64,000 bases of DNA, taken from NCBI RefSeq assembly GCF_009914755.1, contig NC_060939.1; one strand, given 5' to 3'. This DNA is from the human T2T-CHM13v2.0 reference genome, Homo sapiens. Within the stretch, counting starts at the first letter, position 1. The number at the start of each line of letters is the position of its first letter. The notes under the pieces were generated by a model. It made no database searches, was not told the DNA's origin, and worked only from the letters and a program-made list of their open reading frames with translations. Shown piece after piece: positions 26,906 to 40,900 of this stretch. The position numbers and the translations under genes were made by a program.

Positions 26906-28657
26906 GCCCAAGTGAGACCCGCACGTGGCAATACTTCGTAAAGCGGCGATTTCCACCCATTATCAGCCTGAACACTAAAGGCCTAAGTAACCACTGTTTT
27001 CCCATTCTTTTCACACCAATACAGGGTTCAAGAGATTGAAGTTCCTAACCAGGTCCCAACTTTTGAGTGGCATATGGTATTAAATTCCTTACAGATCCAA
27101 TAAAATCACACTAACAATTTAAGGCATGCTTATTTTAACCAATTAGGAGGTGTCATTAATTATTAAATACAAAAATGTCAATACTTTTGTCCCTTATTGG
27201 ATATCCTTTCGATATGATAGGCTTGAGTAGATACTCAGATTGCCTTGGGAACTTGCTTAGTTTTGTTCCCATAAGAATTGGTACTAATGGCACACTCACA
27301 ATAAAATAATGGAGTGTTGATCCCATTTAGTGGGGAATGTTTATCCAGAACTGAGTGTGCCGTGCAGATCTACCTCTGTTCTCGTGAACCCTCTTTGGGT
27401 CTTGAAGAGGCCTTTGAAGCTGGTGGGACACACGGCTGCTGGGAGGACCCTAGTGAACCTGCCTCCCCGCCTTCGCCCAGGGCAGGCTTCTCCGGGCACA
27501 CCCTGGAGGAGGAGGAGGAGGATGGTGAAGGACACCTGCAGATTTTCCTGAAGCAATTAAGACCTGTAAAGATTTAGGCCCCGCTGTCAACCTTTTCCTG
27601 GACACATTATCTGCCTCATCATATTTTTAAAAATTGTTCCTCTTACAGCCCACTTCCATTTACAAAGGTATCACCTGGCGGTAACCATGTGCATGTCATA
27701 CATGACTTTCCCCTGGATCCTTGTGCTGTGGATGAAGCGTTTCCCTGATCGGGGTCTCACAAGTTTCCCTTCAGCTACTCTTAAATCTATACATTCTCAA
27801 GCCAATAGACAGAAATAAAAGTCATTTGCACTTGTGTGAGGTAGCTGAGTTTACAGAGCAGAGGCAAATCCATTTTATTACAGAGATTCTCAAAGGGCTG
27901 CAATAGCTTCACCGGGAGGGAGGAGGGTACACTTGAGCGGTTGTGTCCAATGAAGGAAAGTTTTAGTTAATGATGACATCACTGACATCTCCCAAATTTA
28001 AAGGAGCACTTAAAGCACCGCAGATGCAATTTTTTCCCCTCCAGTGAGGAGATACTAGGGAAGGCCTCTGGGTTCACAGCCAAATTGCCTTAATGGTTTG
28101 CCTGCTGTCCAGCGAGACCCAGCAGAGCGAGCGGGACGGCGGTGCGCCGGGCCGCGGGGACCCACGCAGTCACAGCTCCGGTGCCCGGCGAGCGGCCTCG
28201 CGCGCGGCTCGGGGCCGGGCCCTGCCCGGCCGTCTGCAAGAGCCGCGGGACCCCCGACGCGCGCGCACGGACCGAGGGGTCGGTCGCCCCACGCCTGGCA
28301 TCACGTTCCAGTGCGGACAGCCAAAGGGCTGAGCGGAGGCAGCAGCCCCGACCCAGCGGGAGCGCCGCGCCCTGCCCGAGAGAGGCGCGCCACGCCGGGC
28401 CGGAGCCGGTGGCCCGGGAGCCCGCGGGGTCCGGAGCGGAGCCCGCAATGCAGACGCGCCGGCGAGCCCAGCCGGGGCCCGCGCCCCCCGCGTCCCCGCG
28501 CCCCGGCCCCGCGGTCGCCCGGCCTCAACGCCCACCTGCCTCGCCACGGAGCTCGGGAAGGAGACGGCGCCGGCCCCGCGCCCGGAGAGCGCACCTGCCT
28601 GGTCCGCGGGCCCGGCCCCGCCGCCCGCCGGCAGCACCGCGGCCAGCGCCGTCTTAC

Positions 28658-28800
28658 CTGCCGCGCCGCGCCGCTCCGCTCCGCCAGCCCGCAGCGCCGC
28701 AGTCGCCGCTACCCGACTTCCATTTTCTCTCGCTTTAAAGGAAAACCAGATCAGCTGTTTTGCTCCCGCTCGGGCTCCGCGGCCCCCTCCCCAGCTGCCG
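28658..28800 (-). other. CHST15: Non-coding first exon of a minus-strand gene, probably CHST15 (carbohydrate sulfotransferase 15 / GalNAc4S-6ST); 5' boundary approximate
   Basis: Plus-strand CTTACCTG at 28653-28660 is a minus-strand CAG|GTAAG donor inside a CpG island, downstream of a CRE and GC boxes. The exon sequence (GAGCGGGAGCAAAACAGCTGATCTGGTTTTCCTTTAAAGCGAGAGAAAATGGAAGTCGGG...GGCGCGGCAG) matches my recollection of the CHST15 5' UTR. Gene identity was not checked by search. Confidence 0.6.
28709..28723 (-). CDS. Upstream ORF (MEVG*) in exon 1
   Basis: Minus strand reads agagaaa ATG GAA GTC GGG TAG, with A at -3 and G at +4 (strong Kozak). Translation is not demonstrated. Confidence 0.5.
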   Translation of the reverse strand: MEVG

Positions 28801-28939
28801 CTCGCGGTCCCGGTGGCCTCTCCTCCCCCGCCTCCTCCCGCGCTCCGCTCCGCCCCTCGCGCCCCTCCGCTCCGCCCGCGGCCGCGCACAACGCCCGCCT
28901 CCCGGCTCCGCCTGCTGCCTCCGGGCGCGCGCCCTCCTC

Positions 28940-29020
28940 TGACGTCACCGGTCGCGTTCGCGCCCCGCCCCCGCCCCGCGCGGACGTGCGCGCGCCGCGC
29001 CTGTGCCCCGCCCCCGCCCC
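28940..29020. promoter_or_regulatory. Perfect CRE palindrome plus tandem Sp/KLF GC boxes
   Basis: TGACGTCA at 28940-28947. CCCCGCCC repeats at ~28962-28978 and ~29005-29020, upstream of the minus-strand exon 1. Confidence 0.7.
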
Positions 29021-30284
29021 TCCGGGGCCGGGCACGGAGAGCGCGTGCTCGCGGCCGCGAGCCGAGGAGGGGACGTACAGCGCCCGCGCGCCCGCGAGCC
29101 CGCTCCGGCTCTCCCATGCTTGCCCCTCGGGGTGCTCCTTCTGCGCTCTCCGCCTGGACTGCAGGAAAAGGCTGCTTAAACAGCCTGCCTTTTCCTGCTG
29201 CCTGACTCGCGCCATCTGCGGCCACCTGTCTCGTTTCTTCCCCCTGGCTGGCGCACCCTTCCTTCCTAAACATCCCAAACTTTCTCCCACCCAGGCTGTC
29301 CAGGCTGCAGTTTCTACGCCCTGCGCTGGGGCCTGTGCATCACGCCTAATCCAAAGCTGGTCCTTTTACCTCCCAAAAAGGTTCTCTGACCTTTTCCCAT
29401 TTTTTGCCTTCCTCTAAAGACTTTTTCACGCCACCCCTTCAGATGGTTCCCCTCCCTGATGGCAAGACCTGCTCGCTGCTCTGGGCCCTTCTCACGTCAC
29501 CCTGTAGATGTAGTCACGCTTCCTTATCCCAAACAGGACGTTATATTGCAGATGACCCATACCATCCTGGTGTACTTCTAAACAATCATTATTTTACTTT
29601 TAGTTTAGGACTTTTTGCTTGACTTTAAACATTGTATATGTTTAATAGTGTTTAATAATTTATTTGACTTTTAAAATTGATATTCAGTAAAATTGGTTAT
29701 TTGATATATAATCCTGTGATCTTGAACCCTTGTTTGGATTCATGTAACCACTAGCGCAATAAAGAGCTCCCTAGTTCTGCCCTTTTATAACAGCGCCCCC
29801 GCCAACCCTAACTTTTGGTAACCACTGATAGGTTCTCCATTGCTACGGTTTTGTCTTTGTGAGTGTGTCGTATACATGGAATTACGCAATATGTAACATT
29901 TTGAAACTGACTTTATTCCCTCATCATTATACCTTGGAGATTCATCCATGTTATTGTGTATAGTAATAGTCCTTTTTATTGTTGAGGGGAGTCTCATTAT
30001 TTGTACCACATTTTGTTTAGTCACCCACTGGAGAATATTTGCGTGGTTTCCAGTTTTTGGCGACTGTGAATAAACATTCTATAAACATTTGCATGCAGCG
30101 TTTTGTACGGACAAATTTTTTAAATTAGTTGACTAAATATCTAGGAGTGCAATTGCTAGATCTTATGGTAAATTTGTTTAACTTTATAAGAACCAAACAG
30201 TTTTCTAGAGTGGCTATAGCATTTTTATAACTGTCAGCAAATATGAATCCCTTTCCTTCATCCTCACCAGCACTTGATATTGGC

Positions 30285-30335
30285 TATCTTTATCTATCTA
30301 TCTGTCCATCCATCCATCCATCCGTCTATCATCTA
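30285..30335. repeat. (TATC)n/(CCAT)n tetranucleotide repeat
   Basis: TATCTATCTATCTGTCCATCCATCCATCCATCC. Confidence 0.8.
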
Positions 30336-32676
30336 TAATTTTAGACATTCTAGTAGGCATATAGTGCTATATCGTTGTTAATTTTCAATTTTCTACTGAA
30401 AAATTATGTGGAGCAACTTTTCATATGCACCTGTATATCTTCTTTGGTGAGATGTTTGTTCACATCTTTTGCCCATTAAAAAAAAAAGGTTGTTTTCTTA
30501 TGGTTGAGTTTTAAGAGTTCTTTGTGTATTTTGGATAGAAGTACTTTATCTGATACGTGTTTTGCAGGTATTTTCTTCCAGTGGAAGCTTGTCTTTTCAT
30601 TCTCTTAACAGTCCTGTCCTGAATTTAGGGGAAGTATCCAGTTTCTTACCACTAAATATGATGTTAGCAGTAGGATTTTTTTAGTTCTTCTTTATCAAGA
30701 TTAGGAAGTTCTCTCTATTCCTAGTTTGCAGAGTTTTTATCATGAATGAATGTTGGATTTTGCCAAATTCGTTTTCTGCATCTATTGATACGGTCATGTG
30801 ATTTTATTTTCTTTAGCTTGTTGATATGATGGGTTACATTGATTTTCAATTGATTTTCAAGGAACCGGTCTTGCATACTTGGGTCAAATTCTACTTGGGC
30901 ATGGTATATAATTGTTTTTATACACCATTGTATTCAATATGCTAATATTTTGTTGAAGACTTTTGCATCTATGTTCATGAGAAATATTTGGCTATAGTTT
31001 TCTTTTTTGTAATGTCTTTAATTTATTTTGGTATGCCGGTAATGCTGGCCTCATAAAATGAGTTAAGAAGTAATATTTACTTGTATTTTCTGTAAGAAAT
31101 TGTAAAGAACCTATATCAATTCTTCCATAAATGTTTGGTAAAATTCCCTGGTGAAACCATCTGAATCTGGTGATTTTTTTGAGACTTCATTAATTATTGA
31201 TTCTTTGTGGATACAGAGCTATTAGGTGATCTGTTTGCTTTTCTGTAAAATGTAGTTGTATCATTCAAGGAATCGGTCCTTTTTATCTAATATTCAAACT
31301 TGTGGGTGTAAAGTTGTTCATCATAAACCTTTATTATTCTTTTAACATCTATGAAATTAGTAGAGATGACGCCTCTTTCATTTTTTGATATTGGCAAACT
31401 ATGCCCAATGTCTTTTTTTCTTGGTTAACCTGGACAGGTTTATTAATTTTAATCATCTTTTCAGCTTTTTCTTTGTTTTGTTGATTTTTTTCTATTGTTT
31501 TCTATTTTCAATTTCATTCTCTAATTTTTATTATTCCTCTTTGTTCTGCTTGTTTTAGGCTTAAATTGCTCTTCTTTCTCTATTATCCAAGGTGACAATT
31601 TAGGTTGTTGATTTTAGATTTTTCTTCTTTTCAAATGTATACATTTACTGCTATAAATATCCCCGCTTTTACTGCATCCCACAAATTTAGAAAAGTTGTA
31701 CTTTAATTTTTATTTAGATCAATGTTTTTAGTTATTCTTGAGATTCCTCTTTGACCCAAATGTTTTTTAAAAATGTGTTGTTTAGTTTCCAATAATTTGG
31801 GACTTTCCAGCTATCATTCTGTTCTTGATTTCTAGGTTACTTCCATTGTGGTATGAAGACATACTTTGTTTAATTTCTATTTTTCTTTAATTTGATAAGG
31901 TGTGTTTTATAGATCAGAATGTGGCCAATGTTGATGATTATTCCATGCCAGCTTGAGAAGAATGTGTATTGTGCTATTGCTAGATCTACAAATATCAATT
32001 AAATAAAGTTGATAATGCTGTTTAGGTCAATTATATCCTCACCGATTTTTTGCCTATCTGATCTTATCAATCATGGATAGAGAAATGTTGAAGTATCCTA
32101 TGATAGTGGATTGGACCATTTTTTCTTTCAGGTTTATCATTTTTTCCTCACTTATTTTGACATTTTATTCTTAGGCACATGCATATTTAGGGTTATTATG
32201 TATTCTTGGAGAATTAGCCCCTTTATGATTATGAGTTTCTTACCTATCCCTCCCCTCACATCCCTGATAATTTTCCTTTTTCTCAAGTCCCTTTTATCTG
32301 AAATTAATGCAGCTACTCCAGTTTTCTTTTGATCAGGGTTAACATGGTATATCTTTCTTCATCCCTTTACTTTTAACCAAACAGATACTTTATATTTAAT
32401 GTCAACAAGATATAGTGGGGTCTTGTTTTGTTATCTACTCTAGCAATCTGTGTCTTTTAATTGGTGTATTTAGACCATTCACATTTAACACAATTGTTGA
32501 TCTATTTGGATGAATATCAATCATATTTGTAACTGTTTCCTACTGGTTGCCAGTGGCGGCTTTTTCTGCCTTCTCTGATTTTAATTGAGCATTTTGTGTG
32601 GTTCTATTTTATCTTCTCTTAAAGAGTATCAATTATACTTTTTAAAGAATTTTTTAGTGGCCATTCTAGAGTTTCT

Positions 32677-32965
32677 TTTTTCTTTGCTTTGCTTTTTTTT
32701 TAAGACAAAGTCTGGCTCTATTGCCTAGGCTGGAGTGCGGTGGTGCCATCTCGGCTCACTGCATCCTCTGCCTCCTGGGTTCAAGCCATCCTCCCAGCTT
32801 AGCCCCCTGAGTAGCTTACCATGCCCAGCTAATCTTTGCAATTTTTGTAGAGACAGGATTTCACCATGTTGTCCAGGCTGGTCTCAAGCTCGTTAGCTCA
32901 AGCAATCTGCCTGCCTTGGCCTCCCAAAGTGCTGGGATTACAGGTCTGAGCCATCATGTCCAGCC
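32677..32965 (-). mobile_element. AluJ with internal deletion
   Basis: J-like CAAGCCATCCTCCC and GCTCAAGCAATC. TSD TAGAGTTTCT at 32667-32676 and 32966-32975. Confidence 0.88.
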
Positions 32966-33307
32966 TAGAGTTTCTAATATAGATTTTCTTCTTTTACTAA
33001 TGTGTGTTCACCTTCAAATCATGGTATTGTTTCACATGTAACGTAGATATCTTATAAGAGTGTGTTCCCAATCCTCCCTCCCATTCCTCGTAGCATTGCT
33101 GTTAGTCTTTTCTCTTATCCATATGCTACAATGACCTGTTACTATTTTTGCTTTAAATAAGAAGTTATCCTTTAAATTATTAATGAAAATAAAAATAAAA
33201 GATTTCATTTTACCTCCATTTATTGCTTCTCCAACACTTCCTTTCTTAATATAGATCCAAGTTTCTGACCTACATCATCTTCCTTCTGTCTGGAGAAAAT
33301 CTTTTAA

Positions 33308-33678
<371 letters not shown>

Positions 33679-34381
33679 TCTCCTTCATTTTTTAAGAATA
33701 ATTTTTCTAGATATAGATTCTTAGTTGGTTATTTTTTGTCTTTCAAACCTTTAAATATCTCACTCCACTCTTTACTTGCTTGTATGGTTTCTGATGAGAA
33801 ATTCCCTGTGTTTCTTGTCCTATTTTTCTATAGGCAAGCCACTGCACTCATACCCCCAATTCAGCTTTTTTCAAGATTTTCACTTTTTCTGTCCTTTTTT
33901 TTGTTGGTTTTTGCTTCGGTATTCTGCAGTTTGAAAATTATATGCCTAGTTTCATTTTTTGTTTCTTTAATCCTGTTTGTTTTTGTCTGACCTACACAGC
34001 TTTACAGCTTGGTGTCTGTCATTCATGTTGGAACGTTCTCAGCTATTATTACTTCAAACATTTATTCTACTATGTTCTCTCTTCTATTTTGGTCAAATAA
34101 TTACACATATGTTAAAACTGTTGAAGTTATCCACAGATCTTGGATGTCTGTACTTCTTTTTCCATTTATTATTATTTTCCCATTTCAGTTTGGGAAGTTT
34201 CTGTGGACCTATATTCAAGCTCACTGATTCTTTTCCTCAGCCATGTCAAGTTGTGTGACAAGCCCATCAAAGGCATCCTTCATTGTCTGTCACAGTGCTT
34301 TTGATTTTTAGCATTTTTTTTCTTAGAATTTACATCTTTCTGCTTACATTACCCATGTATTCTTGCAGGTTGTCTACTTTT

Positions 34382-34716
34382 TAAAAAAATTTATTTATTT
34401 TTATTTATTCATTTATTTTTTATTTTTTATTTTTTTGAGATGGAGTCTTGCTCTGTCATGCAGGCAGGAGTGCGATGGCATGATCTCGGCTCACTGCAAC
34501 CTCTGCCTCCTGGGTTCAAGCCATTCTCCTGTCAGCCTCCTGAGTAGCTAGGATTACAGGTGCACACCACTAAGCCCAGTTAATTTTTGTATTTTTAGTA
34601 GAGATGGGATTTTGCCATGTTGGCCAGGCTGGTTTCAAACTCCTGACCTCAGGTGATCTACCCACCTCAGCCTCCTAAAGTGCTGAGATTATAAGCATGA
34701 GCCATCGTGCTCAGCT
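34382..34716 (-). mobile_element. AluSx-like
   Basis: Full antisense dimer. TSD GCAGGTTGTCTACTTTT at 34365-34381 and 34717-34733. Confidence 0.93.
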
Positions 34717-36659
34717 GCAGGTTGTCTACTTTTTTCCATTACAGCCTGTATCAGCCAGTGTTCACCAAAGAGGTATATATAATACACACATACATAAATA
34801 CACATACACACACACATATATATATAATACACACATATATTAATATTTAAACATAGGTATGTATGTTTAAGGTCTGGTGTGGCTGTAAGGATCAGAGGCT
34901 TCACATTGCTCTAGTGTCCTTGTTTCTGTCTCCTCTCTTGAATTTGGGCCTCCCTGTGTACTCCTCCTTAGAGACAGTCTGTGTTGTATAGTTCTTTATT
35001 TGTAAGCCATTGTGATTACAGTGGGGCCCTGTTGGTGTGGTGGTAAGGTATGGGTAAGGGGAAGTGTTGTATAATCTTCCAGTGAAATCTCAATCTGTTA
35101 GTGAGCCTGTGTCCCTGTCTCAGCCTGTTAGTGGGCCTGTGACTCTCATAAGTGTTTCTTCTGGCCCAGCATTCCTCCTTCCCGCTGCCCCCTTAGGTGA
35201 GACAGAGACATCCAGGCTGTGGGGCTGGGTTGAGAGGAATTTCCTTTTCCACAGCTCTGGGAAAAGATGCTGATAAAGGTTTTTTCCCATTAAGAGTAAC
35301 CCTGTCACATGGAGAATGCTCTGGATACACTTCACAAGGATTGCTTTTTTCCTCTTTCTTCCAGAGCCAGGAGGGACTCTTCTTTGGCTTGCCACTGTGA
35401 AACCTGGTGATGTTGATGGAGGTCATGTTCCTGAAGGTATGAGGGCCCTCCCGAGACTGAGCCACCAGGCGTTTCTCACTCTCAAGCTAGTCCATGCCCA
35501 GACTCCAGTAATTTGTCAAAATTACCATTTAAGTGTTCCTATCAGTTTATAGCCCTAGCAGCTTCTTCAGGTAAGCAGATTTCAGCTGTGACTGTCTGGT
35601 TTCACCTGTCTCTTCAGATTTCTGGATGACAATTTGTCCTACAACTCAATTCTCTGATGGGTCCAAAAAAAGTCATTGTTTTCCCATTTTTCCAGTTTCT
35701 CTGATTGTAAAGACAGCTGCAACAACATCCAAGCTCTTTACAGTCAGAGCCCAAACCATAATTCTCACTTTTCTTGTGGTTTTAATACGCAATTTCCTAA
35801 TAGCTTATGATATGGAGCCTCTTTTTATGGATGGATTCACCATTCTTGTATTCTTTTTCATTAACTTTCTGTTCAAGTAATTTTTTTTCCATTTTGATGG
35901 GATTTTAAAATATTCTTACTGTTGAGTTTTGGGGTTCTTTACACATATTCTTTATATAAGTCAGTTATCAGATATGTGATTTACAAACATTTTCTTCAGC
36001 TCTTTAGCTTGACTTTTCATCATATTAAGAGAAGTTTTCTTTCACAGCAAACATTTTGCATTTTTATGAAGTCCAATTTAGAATTTAAAAAAATTATGTG
36101 GCTTGTGCTTTCGGTGACACATCTAAGTACTCTTTTCTTAATTCCAGGCAACAAACATCTTCTGTGTTTTCTTTGAAAAACTGTATAGTTTTGCAATTTA
36201 CATGTATATCTCTAACCCATTTTGAGTTAATTTTTATATTAGGTGTGAGGATTGGGTCCAGGAACATTTTTGGGGTCATGCAGATATCTAGATTTCTAGC
36301 ACCATTTGTTGAAAAAGCTATCCTTTGTGCATTTAGTAATATTTGCACTTTGTTCAGTTGTCAAAAATCAATCATGTGGGTCTGTTGGGTTTGTTGCTGG
36401 ATTTTGTTTTGTGTTGTATTGATGTATTTGTCTATCCCTTCAGCAACTGCATGCTGTCTTGACTACTGTGGTTTTTATTGATTTTTTAAATCAGATATTG
36501 TGAGTACTCCAGTTTGTTCCTTTTCAAAAAAATGTGGCTGGGGTAGTTCCTTTGCCTTTCTGAATAACTTAGAATCAAGCCTATGTGTACCTATAAAAAC
36601 TCTTTCCAGGGTTTTGATGAAAATAGATTTAGATCTGTGGCTCACTTTGGGGAAAATGA

Positions 36660-36982
<323 letters not shown>

Positions 36983-37535
36983 ATTAATATCTTAATTATA
37001 TAGGGTCTCCCAACAAGTATACATGGTATAGGTCTCTCCATTTATTTAGGTTTTCTTTGATTTTTCTCGTTAATGTTTTATAATTAAACATTCAGATTCT
37101 GTACATGGTTAGGTAGATTTATTTCTATTTCCTTTGTAGATGTAGTCAATTAAAAATTTTTTTCCATTTCTACCATTCATTACTAGTATATATAAATATG
37201 ATTGATTATTGTCTGCTGACCTTATATTCTGCAACCTTATTAGTTCTAGGAGCTTTTTCATACACTCCATTGGATTTTTCTGTGTAGATAACCTTGTGTT
37301 CAGTGAATGAAAGCTGTTTTCTTCTTTTTACCCATCCATATGCCATTTATTTATTTTTCTTGCTTAATTACACTGGCTAAAACTTCTAATGAAAGAATGA
37401 AGAGAAGAGATGGGCGTAGACATTCTTGCGTTGTTTCTGGCCTTAGGGGCACAAATTCAACCTTTCATCATTAAGTATGTGGTTAGCTGAAGGCTTCTGT
37501 AGATACCATTTGAGGTTGGAGATCCCTATTAGTTC

Positions 37536-37668
37536 TGGGAGGCTGAAGCAGTTGGATCGCTTAACCCAGGTGTTCAAGGCTATGGTGAGCTGTGATTGCA
37601 CCATTGCATTCCAGCTTGGGTGACAGAGTGAGACTCTGACTCTAAAAAATAAAAAAAAAATAACAAAA
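37536..37668 (+). mobile_element. AluJ right arm / FRAM fragment
   Basis: GGGAGGCTGAAGCAG...GTTCAAGGCTATGGTGAGCTGTGATTG...GAGACTCTGACTC plus A tail. Confidence 0.85.
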
Positions 37669-38012
37669 TGAAAAACCACAAAACATTTGTTGAAGGCTGA
37701 ATGTACTTATTTGCGAAAATATTTTTACATGTCCCTTCCCCTTTTGAAATACAATTTTCTATCTACTAGCAAGCCTTGGGATATAATGATGATGAAATCT
37801 GTGCAGTGGTAGGAAGTATAGTCAAGGAATATTATTTTGTGTACTACATAAAATGTATTTATGTATCACGTGTACTACATCATGAAATGAATAAGTGAAA
37901 TGGGGACTGTGACTTTAAAAAATTATAACTTTTCCAAGTATATGCAAAATTATGATCATTTTCAATGAAATTCATTAATTATGGCGAGCATATTGCAATA
38001 GACTGTGAAAAA

Positions 38013-38413
38013 TGTATTAGCTTTCTAAGACTGCCATAATAAAGTACCAAATATTAGGTGGCTTAAAACAACAGATATTTATTTTTTCAGTTCTGGAGGC
38101 CAGAAGTCCAGAATCAAGAAGGTTGACCTTTTCTGGAGATTCTAAGAGAGCATCCATTCCATGCCTCTCTCCTAGGTTTTTGTGGCTGCTGGCAGTCTTG
38201 GGCATTCTTTGGTGTTATGGATGGAATGTTTGTTTTCCCAAAAAATTCATATGTTGAACCCTAGCCCCAAATGTGATGGTATTTGAAGATGAGACCTTTG
38301 GAATCGATTAGGTCATGAGAGTGAGGCCTTGGTCTGGTGGGATTAACGCTGCTGAAACAAGAGCCTCCAGAACACTTGATATCTTTCTCTCTGTCTCTCT
38401 CTCTCTGTCTCTC

Positions 38414-38468
<55 letters not shown>

Positions 38469-38935
38469 GCACACACCAAGGAAAGGCCATGTGAGCACAC
38501 AGTGAGAAGGCAGCTGTGTAGAAGCCAGAAAGAGCCCTCGGCAGAACCTATGTTGGCACCGTGATCTAGGACTTCCAGCCTCCAGAACTCTGAGAAAATA
38601 AACTTCAGTTGTTTAAGCTACCCATTCTGTGATATTTTGTTATGGCAGCCAGAGAGGACTAAATATGCTTAGCATCTAGATGCATCATTCTAATCTCTGT
38701 GCCCACCCTTTCATCCTTTCTCTCTGTGTTCTTTCCTTTTCTTTCTCTTACAAGAACACTGGCCATCAGATTAGGGACCTATCCCAGGTCATCCAGATGA
38801 TTTTAATCTCAAAAACTATAACATAATTTTATGGGCAAAGACCCTACTCCCAAAAAGGTGATATTCACAGGTACTGAAGGGTAGGACTTGGACATATCTC
38901 TTAGCAGGAGAGGAGGGACAGTTTAACCTGCTACA
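38013..38935 (-). mobile_element. MLT1C-like LTR split by a nested MLT1A
   Basis: TGTATTAG...GGCTTAAAACAACAG at 38013-38212 resumes at 38668 and ends ...CTGCTACA at 38935. Confidence 0.8.
38213..38667 (+). mobile_element. MLT1A-like LTR containing a (CT)n tract (38383-38468)
   Basis: Starts TGTTATGG; has GGACTTCCAGCCTCCAGAACT and TTTTGTTATGGCAGCC; degenerate TSD TTTGG/CTTAG. Confidence 0.8.
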
Positions 38936-39517
38936 CATGGAATGGAAATAAATAGTTTCATGGGGGTGAAATCTAGGGGTGAGAGGACAAGACATTTTCT
39001 CATCATCTTCAATGTGTTGGGAGGGCTGGAGACATGACTGCATTTCAGTTGTCTTCATAGCAAAAGAGGTCATGCATAGATGACACTGACAGGTTTGTCT
39101 TTGACTCCTTGATAAAAAGAAAGTATGGTTAAGGAGCAGTATTTTAAGGAAGTCATCAGTGATGAACTACATTAAATAATACTGATACTGTGCCCCCGAT
39201 GAAAATCACCAGCTGCATAGAAGAGTCTGAGAAGAAGCCAGCAGTATCGATTTGGAACCTCCCTAAATCCCCAGGTAAAGAGAGAGCAACTAATAAAATA
39301 AACCAAATATACTTATCGTATCCCAAATACCAATGTCAGAAAGAATGGAGACAAGCCATCAAGAAAGAATAGCCCAGTGCGGTTTCAGAAACTATGTGAA
39401 GAAGTGAAAGGAAGAAAAGGAAAAATAAAGATGGTTGCAGCTTGATGTAAATCCCTTCCATTTCTTTCTTACTAAGAGTATCATGCATGCACATTGACCT
39501 TTAAAAACAGTTTTACT

Positions 39518-39829
<312 letters not shown>

Positions 39830-40769
39830 CAAGTTTTACTGTATAATTGACATGCGATAAACCAAACATACTTAAAATGTACAGATTGATGGATTTTGAC
39901 ATACATGTACACTCAAGAAACCATCACCACAATCCAGGCAATGAACATTTCCATCGCCCCCTAAGTTTCCCTGTACCCCTAAGTCATTCCTTCCTCCAGC
40001 TTCTCCCTACTCTTCCCCCATCCTGTCCCCAGAACACTACTGATATGTTTTCTGGTGTTGACAATTTTAAAAATACTTTCTCTGCATTCACTGAAATAGT
40101 TTTTCTCCTTTAATATTTAATAATTTTTATAATGTTATTGCATACTATTTTCTAATGCTAATGCATACTATTTTATACCTTCTTTACTAATGTTCTCCTT
40201 AGGATAATAGCATTTATATTTGTAAATAAGATTGGCCTATGGTTCTTTCTCATGATCTTCTTCTCTGCTTTTGGTATCAAAGTCATACTAGATGCATAAA
40301 ATGAGTTAGGGAAGATATCGGTCAGGATAGGTTAGGTTATAAGGCACAACAAAAGAGACTGAAAACCTCAGATAGTTAAAAACAAAACAAAACAAACGTA
40401 TATTTCTGGCTCTTGTTACATATCCATCACTGATCACTAGGAGCATCTATGCTCCTCATAGGCACTCAGGGCCCACATGAGTTCCTTTCTACACATCTCC
40501 ACCACTGCTGCAGAAGGCAGAAGAGAGCATCATGAACCTCGCAATGGCTCAAGGCCATTTCCACTCACATTCTATTGGCCAAACCAAGTCAGACAGCTGT
40601 GACTTCTTACCAGGCGAACTTCCCTGATGACTATCACCATCTGCCCTTCTGTCACCAAATACTCAGTTCTGTCTTCTTTCTATGCACAGAAGAGTACACC
40701 TTTTCATCAAGTCCAGATGTGGCTCTCCTTTGACTAGAGACCTGTGGCCTGAAGTGACAAATTGCCTTT

Positions 40770-40900
40770 TTGCACTTCACTCCTCTGTCTCTCTACCTTT
40801 CTCCACCCTGCTCTGGGCCGTGGGAGGACAATCTGCATCAAAAGCCTCCCTTCTTCTCTGGCTTCCAGTTGGGTTTGACAAGAGATGAGAAAGAGGAAAC
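40770..40900. mobile_element. ERVL LTR fragment (LTR33-like)
   Basis: CTCCACCCTGCTCTG...CTGCATCAA...CTCTGGCTTCCAGTTGGGTT resembles the remembered LTR33 consensus. Confidence 0.45.

Larger units (their letters stand above)
28110..29240. promoter_or_regulatory. CpG island promoter
   Basis: ~1.1 kb of very high GC with abundant CpG (many CGCG/GCGC), in sharp contrast to CpG-depleted flanks. Confidence 0.95.

Noticed and set aside
27360-27760. Possible alternative first exon ~1.2 kb below exon 1 (mild CpG retention, GGA repeat, weak minus-strand donors near 27374, 27536 and 27676)
   Set aside because: Donors are non-optimal and no TSS can be placed from sequence alone; needs CAGE or junction data.
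28098-29417. Long ORFs of 439 aa (+) and 367 aa (-), and overlapping shorter ones, across the CpG island
   Set aside because: Low-complexity Arg/Pro/Ala/Gly translations in several frames on both strands, as expected from stop-codon scarcity in very GC-rich DNA. No recognisable domain, mostly non-ATG starts, and the minus ORF runs through the splice donor.
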